NCBI GenBank assembly: GCA_964384055.1
Contig: CAYLIV010000003.1
Span: 22,391-86,390, forward strand
Origin: an uncultured Fibrobacteraceae bacterium
GTDB taxonomy: Bacteria > Krumholzibacteriota > Krumholzibacteriia > LZORAL124-64-63
Direction: 5' to 3'
DNA: 64,000 nucleotides
Each line of letters opens with the position of its first letter. Position 1 is the first letter of the stretch. The notes beneath the pieces were generated by a model. That model was not told the origin of the DNA and did not search any database. It was given only the letters and a program-made list of their open reading frames with translations. Shown here piece by piece: positions 32,691 to 41,516 of this stretch. The translations under genes and the position numbers were made by a program.

Positions 32691-33625
32691 GGCTGCTGCC
32701 GCTTCGGATCGGCGGACTGGGCTTCACCGATGATGACCATGAACTCTTCAGGTTCGACGGCCACGTGCGTCAACCACTCGGGACCGGTCACCTGGCCGGC
32801 GAGATGATGCACGCCGTCGGCAAGTCCGCTCAACGGAATGGTGATGTTGATACGCGCGGGCAGCAGCGCCGAGACCGAATCGGCGGCACCCCGGATCATG
32901 ATATCCGCCACCGGCGGCCAGACGGCGACCTCGTCCTGGTCCGCATCGATCAGCGGGACCACCGGTACGTTGGTCAGCGTGCGCCCGACAACCGCAGCGA
33001 TATGCAGCTCGATCATTGCCGTCTCGGCGGCGAGCGTCAGGTGCTCTCCGGGTGCCACGAGCGGCGCCTCGAATTGCTGGCTCGCCTCCAATCCGCCCAG
33101 TGCCACAGCCTCGGTCTGCACCGCCATCTCGTCGACGAAAAAGCGTTCGGGACCGCTGACCGAGACGGTATCCGGTCGTACGACCGGCTCGGTCAGGAAC
33201 CGCCGGTCCGCCGGCAACGATTCCGTCAGCACGGCCCTGACCGGTAGGCGTCGCGTAATTTGCCGGTCGATCCGGAGGCGCACGTTCGGCTCGTAGATTT
33301 CCTCGACGGACAGTTCGGTCCGGATGTCCCGCGTCGTGATCTCGTAGATGAACAACGGACCGTCGGTCCGACCGACGAGATCGATCGCGATCCTCCCGGC
33401 ACGGCGCTGAAAAAGGTTGTGGGTCAGCAAGCGCAGCTTGGATCCTCTTACCCGCACCTGCACCATCTCGGGCAAGTCGCTGCCAGCGGATGTATACTCC
33501 GCGCCCAGATTCTCCAGCATCACGGGCAAGGCAATGGTCGCTTCGGTCTCCACCGTGGTCGCCACCCGGATCCAGATCACCAGCGACACCGCAAGACACG
33601 CAAGTTTCAGTCCGACTCGGTTCAT
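32687..33625 (-). CDS. YbbR-like domain protein (CdaR-like).
   Basis: N-terminal TM then MNRVGLKLACLAVSLVIWIRVA, followed by repeated YbbR-like beta-rich segments. The start is set at ATG 33625, which forms a 2-nt ATGA-type overlap with the amidase stop. Confidence 0.5.
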   Translation of the reverse strand: MNRVGLKLACLAVSLVIWIRVATTVETEATIALPVMLENLGAEYTSAGSDLPEMVQVRVRGSKLRLLTHNLFQRRAGRIAIDLVGRTDGPLFIYEITTRDIRTELSVEEIYEPNVRLRIDRQITRRLPVRAVLTESLPADRRFLTEPVVRPDTVSVSGPERFFVDEMAVQTEAVALGGLEASQQFEAPLVAPGEHLTLAAETAMIELHIAAVVGRTLTNVPVVPLIDADQDEVAVWPPVADIMIRGAADSVSALLPARINITIPLSGLADGVHHLAGQVTGPEWLTHVAVEPEEFMVIIGEAQSADPKRQQP

Positions 33626-35001
33626 GGTCCGCCTCCGGCCTCCGGCAACCGCAGCCACTGGCCGACTCGCAGCGACGACTCGCGCAGACCGTTTTCCTTC
33701 GATATGGCGGCAATGGTCGTACCGTGGCGACGGGCAAGCTTCCAGAGACTGTCGCCCCGCCGCACTTCGTATCGTCGCGTCCAGCGCTCGGTCGGCGTCA
33801 TGGCGGCAATGGCGCCGTGATCGCTACGGTAACGCAGGATCCCGTCGCACACGATGGCCGCCAGCTGCTTGCGACCGTGCGTGCTGCTGAGCAGCTTGCG
33901 TTCCTGCGCATTGGAAAGATATGCCAGCTCGACCAGGGCCGAGGGCATGGCGAGCGACCTGAGCACCTGGAAGCGAGCCTGTTTCACGCGTTTACCGCGC
34001 ACGACACCGGAGCTCTCGGCGGCGGCCAGTAGCTGCGCGGCGAGGCGGTTCGACTTGTGCAACACCTGCGTCATGCGTAGGTCCATCAGGATCGACATCA
34101 CCGAATCGTTGTGTTTCTTGCCCGGGTCGAGTCCGACCAGGTCGGCCGCGTTCTCCTTGTCGGCCAGTTCCTGCGCCTCGCGGTCGGTGGCTCCCTGCAG
34201 GGACAGGAAATAAACGAACATCCCCGACATGGACGACTTCGGGTGGGTATTGCAATGAATCGACAGAAAGATGTCGCCGTCCTTCTCGCCGGCGATCTCC
34301 ACCCGCCGGGCAAGGCTCGGATAGTAGTCGGACGACCGGGTCAGCACGGCGCGATAGCCAGGCAGGGCATTGAGCTTGCGCGCAATCTCCCTGCTCACAT
34401 CCAGGACAATGTCCTTTTCCTGAACACCGTCGCGGATCGCCCCCGGGTCGAGTCCCCCGTGTCCGGGATCGATGACGACCGTGAAAGGGCGGCCGGCTCG
34501 CGGCGCCGGTTCGCGCGTCGCGTGTGCCGTCGTCGCCGGAGGGGTCTTTTCTCGGGTCGGCGTGGTCGGCCGGAAGATATCGATGACGATGCGATGGGGT
34601 CGCCCGGCGGCGGCGGTCAGCGCGAAGCTGTTGAACCGGGTCTGCGTCTCGAGATCGATGACGGCTTGCGCTCGTCGCGCGGAGGCGTTGCGTCGTATTC
34701 CCTTGACCAGCCCGTCGCCGATCTCGATACGGTTGCGGCTGGCGAAACGGGCGCCGGCGATGTTGACGGCGATGCGTTCGGGATTGGCCACCCGTCTCAC
34801 CTCGAATTTGCTCGCTTCGCTCATGTCCAGCACGATCCGCGTGTATCCCGGCGCCGAAAAATGACGGACCGCGACGACTTCGGGTGACGCGATCGCGAGC
34901 GCGGCGCCGCCCAATACCACCAGCATACAGACGAGGGAAATACATCTCTGTTGGGAAACCCAGGCCGCGGGCTTCCCGGCGCTATGGTCATCCGGCCTCA
35001 T
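33622..35001 (-). CDS. N-acetylmuramoyl-L-alanine amidase (Amidase_3) with a C-terminal LysM domain.
   Basis: An AMIN-like N-terminal region, the catalytic VVIDPGHGGLDPGA...SIHCN, and C-terminal LysM (YEVRRGDSLWKLARRHGTTIAAISKENGL). The start is ambiguous between 35079 and 35001. Confidence 0.8.
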   Translation of the reverse strand: MRPDDHSAGKPAAWVSQQRCISLVCMLVVLGGAALAIASPEVVAVRHFSAPGYTRIVLDMSEASKFEVRRVANPERIAVNIAGARFASRNRIEIGDGLVKGIRRNASARRAQAVIDLETQTRFNSFALTAAAGRPHRIVIDIFRPTTPTREKTPPATTAHATREPAPRAGRPFTVVIDPGHGGLDPGAIRDGVQEKDIVLDVSREIARKLNALPGYRAVLTRSSDYYPSLARRVEIAGEKDGDIFLSIHCNTHPKSSMSGMFVYFLSLQGATDREAQELADKENAADLVGLDPGKKHNDSVMSILMDLRMTQVLHKSNRLAAQLLAAAESSGVVRGKRVKQARFQVLRSLAMPSALVELAYLSNAQERKLLSSTHGRKQLAAIVCDGILRYRSDHGAIAAMTPTERWTRRYEVRRGDSLWKLARRHGTTIAAISKENGLRESSLRVGQWLRLPEAGGGP

Positions 35002-35140
35002 GCCTCTTGTCCGCTCCTCTTCCCGTTTCGGTCGGCATACCGTAAAACCACCGAAAAGCAGGCGGCTTGACCCTACCATACCGGCGACAATTTACAACCC
35101 CGAACCTGTTGAATTTCGCCCGTATTGTCACGCCTCGCGG

Positions 35141-36073
35141 TCAGTTGTGCGCGGCGTAGGAATCGAGGATATAGGAGAGCGGGTTGATGGCGCGGCCATT
35201 GACGCGGATTTCGTAGTGGAGGTGCGGCGCCGTGGACCGTCCGGAGTTGCCCGACTCGGCAATGAAATCGCCACGTTTGACGAGGTCGCCCTTCTTGACG
35301 AGCGACTTCCGCAGATGCGCATACACGGTGACCACGTTGTTCCCGTGGTCGATCTTGAGCACGTTGCCCAGACCACGCTGCTGCTGCACCGCGACGACCT
35401 TGCCGTCGGCCGTCGCCCGGACCGGCGTTCCCTGCGGATTGGAATAGTCGAGGCCGCGGTGAAAGGTCATCTTCCCGGTGAACGGATCGGTACGCATACC
35501 GAAGCGCGAGCTCAACCAGCCGGTATCCACCGGACGAATCGACGGGATGTGTTCGAGCACATAGGTCCGTGAGGCCAGAGTATCCAGTATGGCCTGATAT
35601 CCCTGGTACTGGACCTTCGCCTGGCGTAGCAACTTGTCCAGGACATCCGCGACGTCCTGGTGCTGATCGCGCGGCATCAGGGGCGGTACTTCCTCATTCC
35701 GGAGAATCAGGTGACCACGGCCGCCGACGCCGACCTGCCGCGTATCGGGGTCCAGCGGTTCGATATCCACGGCAAGCGCCACCATCTCCTGCAGGCGAAA
35801 GACCTCCGACATCTCGGCTTGCAGATCCGTGACCTGCACGTTCAACCGGTCGATCTCATCGGCCAGTTGCAGGTTCTCCTGCTCCAGACGCGATCCGCCG
35901 GGAAGCCAGCCAGAACCGTGACCAAGGCTGAGCACGTAAAAAACCGCCGCCACGATCAGCACCGTCAGCGTCAGCGCCAGACCGGCGATCGCGGCACGCG
36001 GCACGCGGAATTGCCGAACCTCGGAGTGGTCTTCCGGCATGTAGAGGAAAGTGAAATTTCGCTTTATATTCAT
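35141..36073 (-). CDS. M23 family metallopeptidase (EnvC/NlpD-like murein hydrolase).
   Basis: N-terminal TM plus coiled-coil, then C-terminal FHRGLDYSNPQGTPVRATADGKVV...IDHGNNVVTVYAHL (HxxxD...HxH). The start is shortened to ATG 36073, because the track's N-terminal extension contains an intrinsic terminator. Confidence 0.8.
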   Translation of the reverse strand: MNIKRNFTFLYMPEDHSEVRQFRVPRAAIAGLALTLTVLIVAAVFYVLSLGHGSGWLPGGSRLEQENLQLADEIDRLNVQVTDLQAEMSEVFRLQEMVALAVDIEPLDPDTRQVGVGGRGHLILRNEEVPPLMPRDQHQDVADVLDKLLRQAKVQYQGYQAILDTLASRTYVLEHIPSIRPVDTGWLSSRFGMRTDPFTGKMTFHRGLDYSNPQGTPVRATADGKVVAVQQQRGLGNVLKIDHGNNVVTVYAHLRKSLVKKGDLVKRGDFIAESGNSGRSTAPHLHYEIRVNGRAINPLSYILDSYAAHN

Positions 36074-36093
36074 TCGTTGCGGGCATTCTCCAT

Positions 36094-36123
36094 AAAAAAA
36101 CACCATCCCCGACCTGCGGGGAT
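36094..36123 (-). terminator. Rho-independent terminator downstream of the sigma-factor gene.
   Basis: On the minus strand there is a 7-bp stem ATCCCCG / CGGGGAT with loop CAGGT, then GGTG, then a T7 run (the plus-strand A7 at 36094-36100). Confidence 0.45.
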
Positions 36124-36309
36124 TCGTCCGGACGCGACAAACATACCAGTATGGGCCGCGAAGTCAATACCAATCGCCCGGCGGCCGTCCAATCGCACAC
36201 GAACACGACACGGTGGCGTAAGCAAGGAACACGCCAACCTGTTAAAAAATCGCGAAATACCGGAATCTGCACCGTGCTGCGTCACTGGGTCGCAGGTGTG
36301 GTCGGAACG

Positions 36310-37215
36310 CTATTTACTGTAGTAATCGTACAACAACGTCTGTCCCAGCGAACCGCGCATCTTTTCCAGGGCTTTTTCCTTGATCTGGCGAATACGTTCC
36401 CTGGTCAAACCCATGCGCTGGCCAATCGTCTGCAAGGTCTGTGCGTCCTCGAAACTCAAGCCGAAATACTGGACGATGACCTGCTGTTCACGTTCAGTCA
36501 GGACAGCCATGCTCTTGCCCACGTCTTCGCGTAGACCACGTTGCAGCACGGCCACGTCCGGCGACGGCTGATCCGTGTCTTCCAGGATCTCGCCGAGCGG
36601 ACGGTCCTCGTCCTGGTGGCCACAATCCTCGATGCCAAGCTCGACACGATCGGAGCGCATGGCATGGCGTACCTCGGTCGGATCGAGTTCCAGCCGTTCG
36701 GCAATCTGCTCGGGTCCCGGATTCAGTACGCCCTCGTTTTGCAGGACGTTCCGGATCCGATTGATCTTGATCAGCAGCGCCGTCTGGTTCTGGGGCAAAC
36801 GAACCGTGCGTGATTTGTCGAGCAAAGCTTGCATGATGGACTGTCGTATCCACCAGACAGCGTAGGAGATGAAGCGAAAACCCCGCTGTTCGTCGAAGCG
36901 TTTGGCCGCTTTCAGCAGGCCGATATTGCCCTCGTTGATCAGGTCGGAAAGCAGCAGCCCCTGATTCGTATAACGTTTGGCCACCGACACGACGAATCGC
37001 AGATTAGCCCGCACCAGGCGCTGCAACGCGTCTTCGTCGTCCTGTTTCACCCGCCGCGCCAGCTCGATCTCCTCCTCGCGGCTCAGCAAGGCATACCTAT
37101 TGATGTCCCGGAAGTAGACCTCCAGACCTTTTTCGTGCATCGCCGGTAGTAGCGTCTTCCTGCTGGCCATGGGTTTCTCCTTGGCAGCGTGGGGATGTTC
37201 GCTTGTTGTCGACAA
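36310..37215 (-). CDS. Sigma-70 family RNA polymerase sigma factor (group 2/3-like, 301 aa).
   Basis: Region 2 (LRFVVSVAKRYTNQGLLLSDLINEGNIGLLKAAKRFD, YAVWWIRQSI), region 3, and region 4 HTH (LTEREQQVIVQYFGL...TLQTIGQRMGLTRERIRQIK). Confidence 0.85.
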   Translation of the reverse strand: MSTTSEHPHAAKEKPMASRKTLLPAMHEKGLEVYFRDINRYALLSREEEIELARRVKQDDEDALQRLVRANLRFVVSVAKRYTNQGLLLSDLINEGNIGLLKAAKRFDEQRGFRFISYAVWWIRQSIMQALLDKSRTVRLPQNQTALLIKINRIRNVLQNEGVLNPGPEQIAERLELDPTEVRHAMRSDRVELGIEDCGHQDEDRPLGEILEDTDQPSPDVAVLQRGLREDVGKSMAVLTEREQQVIVQYFGLSFEDAQTLQTIGQRMGLTRERIRQIKEKALEKMRGSLGQTLLYDYYSK

Positions 37216-37224
37216 GGAGTCGGA

Positions 37225-38793
37225 TCAATTCTCGATCCCCTCGTCTCCGGGCAAAACAGTCAGGTAATTCTCGATCGTTCCGGTCTTCACCAGCACCGAC
37301 AGCGGATCACGCCGGCCCGACAGTAGGGATCGTACTTCCTCGTACGTCGTCAGGTCGGTAATCTCGTGACCGTCGATATTGACCAGAACATCACCCGGGC
37401 GGATTCCGGCCCGCCCGGCGGGCGACGCTTCCGTCACCTCGACCACCATCACGCCGTCGACGGTGGTGACACCCAGGGTTTCCTTCAGTCGAACGACCCG
37501 GGGATCGCCGCTGGTCAGCGCCGCGACCTCCAGACCGAGCCATCGCGCCGCCTCGCCGATCTCCTCGGCACGCGCACTGTCGACCTCGATCAGGCGCACG
37601 ACCAGTTCCTGCCGCGAACCCTCGCGCAGGATCTCGCAGACGACATCCTCTTCCACCGGTGTTTCGGCAACCAGAAACTGGAACTGCCGCTGGGACACTA
37701 TCCGCTCGCCGGCGAATTCCAGGATCAGATCACCCTCGCGCAGACCGGCGCTGGTGGCCGGAGTATCGGCCACGACCGAAACGACCTGCACGCCACCGTC
37801 GCCGGCAGCCTGGTCGCCGGCTGCCACAACATCTTCGGTACGTACACCCAGATAGCCGCGTATGACTCGCCCGTGGCGGCGCAACTGCTGGTATACCCAC
37901 CGGGCAAGATTGGCGGGAACCGCGAAACCGATTCCCTGGCCACCGGCGTTGATGGCTGTGTTCACGCCAATGATCCGGCCGTAGATGTCGACCAGTGGGC
38001 CACCGCTGTTACCGAAATTGATCGACGCATCGGTCTGGATAAAATCCTGGTATCGTGGCGTCAGCCCCGCGATTACCAGGTCGCTCCGTCCCTTCGCGCT
38101 GACCACGCCCACGGTCAGACTTCCCTCCAGGTTACCGAAGGGGTTACCGATTGCGATGGCCCAATCCCCCACTTCGATTCCGTCCGAGTCGCCAAAGGGC
38201 AACGTGGTCAGTTGCCGGTCGCCGGCGTCGATCTGCAACAGTGCTAGATCCGTACTGGGGTCCGTACCGCGGATTTCCGCCCGGTACTCCTGTTGTTCAC
38301 CGGAGAACCGGACGAAAACCGCATCCGCGTTGGCGATCACGTGGTGGTTCGTCAGGATATCGCCGCTCTCATCTACCAGAAAACCCGAGCCGCTGCCGGG
38401 CCGCTGGAACTGATCAGCTTCACCGGATTCTCCCTCGGGGAAGAACTGGCGAAACATCTCCTGGAGCGGACTGGTGTCCATGCCGTCGGTGACGACGGAA
38501 CGGACCGTCCTGATATTGACCACCGCGGGTCGCACTTCACGACCGATTGCCACAAACGGTGAACGCGGCTGGTCCTCGTTGACCAGCGCGTCAGCGCGCG
38601 CGACCAGGACGACCAGGCTGAGCACAGCCAGCAGGCCGGTCGCGATCAGTAGCGACGTCCCGGAGCAAGCAGGAACAGCTCCGGCAACGACAGTGCGTTG
38701 CCGACAGCGACATCCATCGCGCCGCGGTGCAACGCGGTAGCGCACCGGAGCGGTGGATCGTCTCTGCTGGTAGCTATTCATGGGACAAATCAC
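37225..38793 (-). CDS. Do-family serine endopeptidase (DegP/HtrA) with two PDZ domains.
   Basis: Catalytic GNSGGPLVDIYGRIIGVNTAI, the His/Asp regions, and two PDZ segments. It has an N-terminal signal/TM. Confidence 0.9.
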   Translation of the reverse strand: MICPMNSYQQRRSTAPVRYRVAPRRDGCRCRQRTVVAGAVPACSGTSLLIATGLLAVLSLVVLVARADALVNEDQPRSPFVAIGREVRPAVVNIRTVRSVVTDGMDTSPLQEMFRQFFPEGESGEADQFQRPGSGSGFLVDESGDILTNHHVIANADAVFVRFSGEQQEYRAEIRGTDPSTDLALLQIDAGDRQLTTLPFGDSDGIEVGDWAIAIGNPFGNLEGSLTVGVVSAKGRSDLVIAGLTPRYQDFIQTDASINFGNSGGPLVDIYGRIIGVNTAINAGGQGIGFAVPANLARWVYQQLRRHGRVIRGYLGVRTEDVVAAGDQAAGDGGVQVVSVVADTPATSAGLREGDLILEFAGERIVSQRQFQFLVAETPVEEDVVCEILREGSRQELVVRLIEVDSARAEEIGEAARWLGLEVAALTSGDPRVVRLKETLGVTTVDGVMVVEVTEASPAGRAGIRPGDVLVNIDGHEITDLTTYEEVRSLLSGRRDPLSVLVKTGTIENYLTVLPGDEGIEN

Positions 38794-38896
38794 TACAACA
38801 CCTTATCGCCGTGGGTGTGGCAAACGAGGTCGAAGGGGTTGTAGGACAGGGCTGCTTCTGGGGGGAGCAAACCCTGATTGCGTAGGGAACAATCCA

Positions 38897-38925
38897 AGCA
38901 TATGTGCAACTATAAAATCTGTCAA
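38897..38925 (-). promoter_or_regulatory. Sigma-70-type promoter TTGACA-N17-TATGCT upstream of degP.
   Basis: Read on the minus strand: TTGACA (38925..38920), a 17-nt spacer, then TATGCT (38902..38897). It sits in the locally AT-rich intergenic region. Confidence 0.45.
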
Positions 38926-38939
38926 CACATTTATCTGGA

Positions 38940-39551
38940 TTATTTATTTTCCCGAAATTCCTCCGGTTTGTCGGTATCCGAGTCTGCCGCATCGTCGCCA
39001 CCGCTCTCGGCGAACGCGGGAGCCGACTGTTCCCCATGGGTCGGATCAGCGTCGTCCATGCTGTCGGTTACCCGAATCTCGGCATTTTCGTCGACATCCG
39101 ACAGCGGTTGCTCCGGAGTGACGATCGCGTCCTCGGGCGCGGCCTCGCCGATATCCGGTCCATCGCTCGCCGCAGACCCGATCGCAACCGGGATCGCTTC
39201 GTCGCCGACCGGTGCGTCGTCCTGACGAGAACGACCCACGGTCTCCCGACGTTCGGCATGGGTCTTCTTGATATCCGCGATCTCGTTCTCCTTGGCTGCC
39301 AGCTCGACCTCCAGCCCCTTGATGCGCTCGATGATCGCGGTGACGGCGGGATCGTCGAGGATATCGCTGCGCTCCTCGGCTATGGCCTGGTAGACCATTC
39401 CGCCCAGTTCGGTGAACTGGCGCTTGATGTCCCAGTTGATGCCCATCCGGTCGTAGCGCCGGATACCCACCTTGGCGACTTCCTCGGTCTTGTCGGCCGC
39501 GACCGAGTAGATCTCGACCAGATTATCCTTTACCTGTTCCCAAAGAGACAT
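38940..39551 (-). CDS. Hypothetical protein with a helical N-domain and a long acidic low-complexity C-terminal tail.
   Basis: Start ATG 39551 (MSLWEQVKDNLVEIYS...) with an AAGGAGGAG Shine-Dalgarno 4-5 nt upstream. The C-terminal about 90 aa are D/E/A/P-rich. There is no recognisable family. Confidence 0.5.
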   Translation of the reverse strand: MSLWEQVKDNLVEIYSVAADKTEEVAKVGIRRYDRMGINWDIKRQFTELGGMVYQAIAEERSDILDDPAVTAIIERIKGLEVELAAKENEIADIKKTHAERRETVGRSRQDDAPVGDEAIPVAIGSAASDGPDIGEAAPEDAIVTPEQPLSDVDENAEIRVTDSMDDADPTHGEQSAPAFAESGGDDAADSDTDKPEEFRENK

Positions 39552-39634
39552 GGCTCCTCCTTGTGACCGCCAGTGGCTCCGGACCCGTCGATTTCCGGTT
39601 GCCGACCGCCGGATTATACTACACATTACATCCC

Positions 39635-40399
39635 ATGGAAAACCGCACCAATCCGACCGCGCTGTTTGTGGCCGATACGCACTTCAAGCTGAATCCCGAC
39701 CGGTCCGAAGAGCGGCGTCTCGAACGCTTCCTGGCCTTTCTGGATCACGCCCGACACGTCGACCATATCATATTGCTCGGGGATATATTCGATTTTTGGT
39801 TCGACTATCCCCACTTCCGCCTCCGCGGCTACGAGTCGCTGTTGCTGGCGCTCGACCGGATCCGCGACGCCGGTACCGCGATCCATTTCGTGGGCGGTAA
39901 CCACGACATCTGGGCGGCCGGCTACCTGCATCAGCGCTACGGCAGCGAACCCGGCGGCGGTCCGTTCACGCTCCAGCTCGGCTCGCGCCGGCTACGTCTG
40001 GTGCACGGCGACGGCCTGCTGAGCCACGACTGGATCTACAATTCCTTTCGGGCCATCGTTCGCAATCGTCTGGGCATTGCCGTGGGCAAGACGCTGCACC
40101 CGGAACTCCTCTATGCGCTGTGCATCTGGCTGAGTGGGCGAAGCCGCAGGGCAACTCGCGACGAGGCGGAACAGATCGTCGCCAAGGCCGAACGTTTCAT
40201 TCGTTCCCAGGCGAACGTCGACTGGGATCTGATGATCATGGGCCACATCCATCATCCCTTTGTGGTGCAGCACGCGGGAAGATCGCTCGTCGGGCTGGGC
40301 GGCTGGCTGGGCCAGCAGAGCTACGGGCAACTCGACGCCGGCGAATTCGCTTTGCACGACTTCGCCGCCGAACCGCCCTCGGCACTGCCGGCGGACTGA
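39635..40399 (+). CDS. Calcineurin-like metallophosphoesterase, LpxH-like (UDP-2,3-diacylglucosamine diphosphatase-like).
   Basis: Start ATG 39635 (MENRTNPTALFVADTHF). Motifs DTHF...LLGDIFDFW...VGGNHD...GHIHH match the LpxH/calcineurin phosphoesterase signature. Confidence 0.55.
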   Translation: MENRTNPTALFVADTHFKLNPDRSEERRLERFLAFLDHARHVDHIILLGDIFDFWFDYPHFRLRGYESLLLALDRIRDAGTAIHFVGGNHDIWAAGYLHQRYGSEPGGGPFTLQLGSRRLRLVHGDGLLSHDWIYNSFRAIVRNRLGIAVGKTLHPELLYALCIWLSGRSRRATRDEAEQIVAKAERFIRSQANVDWDLMIMGHIHHPFVVQHAGRSLVGLGGWLGQQSYGQLDAGEFALHDFAAEPPSALPAD

Positions 40400-40405
40400 C
40401 CCGGA

Positions 40406-41341
40406 TCAATAGTGCATCTCGACGGTGAACAGATGCCCGTGGTCGAGTTCGTTGATCAGCTCTTCGTACGCGTAACCAACTTCGAGACTGCCCATCCTGA
40501 AACCGGCGCCGGCCGTCAACCCCTGCGAATCGTAGTTGATCCGTGAGCCGACCCGCAACGCGAATTCGGGGATCAGCTTGATTTCCAGTCCCGCATGGGC
40601 TTTCTCGTTGCCGTCGTTGGGAAACACCACATCGCCGGCCATGGTCAGCTTGCCCGCCAGCAGCGACATGGGCGGCACGTAGGCCATTCCGGCGCGCATG
40701 ATCGTCGGCAAGTCGAAGGGTTCGTTGTGCAGGTTCATCTGCGGCCCGATGTTACTGGCCGACGCGCCGAAGGTCAGACCCTCTATAACAGCCTTGTGGG
40801 TGACGAAAAAATCGAAGGCGAATCCGCTGTCCGAATACACGTCGATGCGTTCGTACACGAACTTGGCCATGACGCCCACGGCGAAGGCGTCGTGCAACTT
40901 GCGCGCAAATGAAAGACCGAACGCGACATCATAGGGTTCGAACGAGCCTTCGGGTATCCCCACGTTGTCGTCGCTGTAGCGTTCGATGGGGTCGGAGTAC
41001 ATGCCCGAGAACAGCACCCCGATGACACCGGCCTTCGTCTGGTGGGTCAACGCCGCGGACTCGACGTCGAACGCGCCGAGCCAGCGCTTGTGCTGCAGTA
41101 TCAACTCGGTATTGAACGGAGTGAAGGTCAGATTGGCGGGATTCCAGTACGCCGCGGCACCGCCGGTGGCCGAGGCGACGCCGGCTCCTCCCATGCCGAT
41201 CTCGCGCGCCCCCAACCCCAGTCGCAGAAACAACAGGCCGGCTTCACCCGGCTTGGCGGCATTAGCGTCCAGGGGTAACCACATCGAGGCGGCGACTGTC
41301 AACACCAGCACACAGCTGGCGATTCTTCTTGAGCGTGCCAT
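40406..41341 (-). CDS. PorV/PorQ-family-like outer-membrane beta-barrel protein.
   Basis: Signal peptide, then GLGAREIGMGGAGVASATGGAAAYWNPANL, which resembles the conserved N-terminal motif of PorV/UPF0164-type T9SS barrels. It is 311 aa and ends ...FTVEMHY. An AAGGAAG Shine-Dalgarno is present. Confidence 0.45.
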   Translation of the reverse strand: MARSRRIASCVLVLTVAASMWLPLDANAAKPGEAGLLFLRLGLGAREIGMGGAGVASATGGAAAYWNPANLTFTPFNTELILQHKRWLGAFDVESAALTHQTKAGVIGVLFSGMYSDPIERYSDDNVGIPEGSFEPYDVAFGLSFARKLHDAFAVGVMAKFVYERIDVYSDSGFAFDFFVTHKAVIEGLTFGASASNIGPQMNLHNEPFDLPTIMRAGMAYVPPMSLLAGKLTMAGDVVFPNDGNEKAHAGLEIKLIPEFALRVGSRINYDSQGLTAGAGFRMGSLEVGYAYEELINELDHGHLFTVEMHY

Positions 41342-41516
41342 GAACTTCCTTTCCGCTTCCCTAGCGACGATGCCGGTCGATCGTCTCCATCGTAGGTCTA
41401 AAGCTTAACGTTCGCGAGCGGCATGGGCAACCACCGGCTCGCAATACGGCATTCCTTTTCGTCGACTGCCGTCCCGCACCGCGGCACCGGCCGGTAGCGC
41501 TTCCTGTACACAGGGG

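Noticed and set aside
32748-33737. 329-aa minus-strand ORF in an alternative frame over the ybbR locus
   Set aside because: It is R/G/A/P/D-rich low-complexity sequence. It fully overlaps the better-supported YbbR-like frame and straddles the amidase stop.
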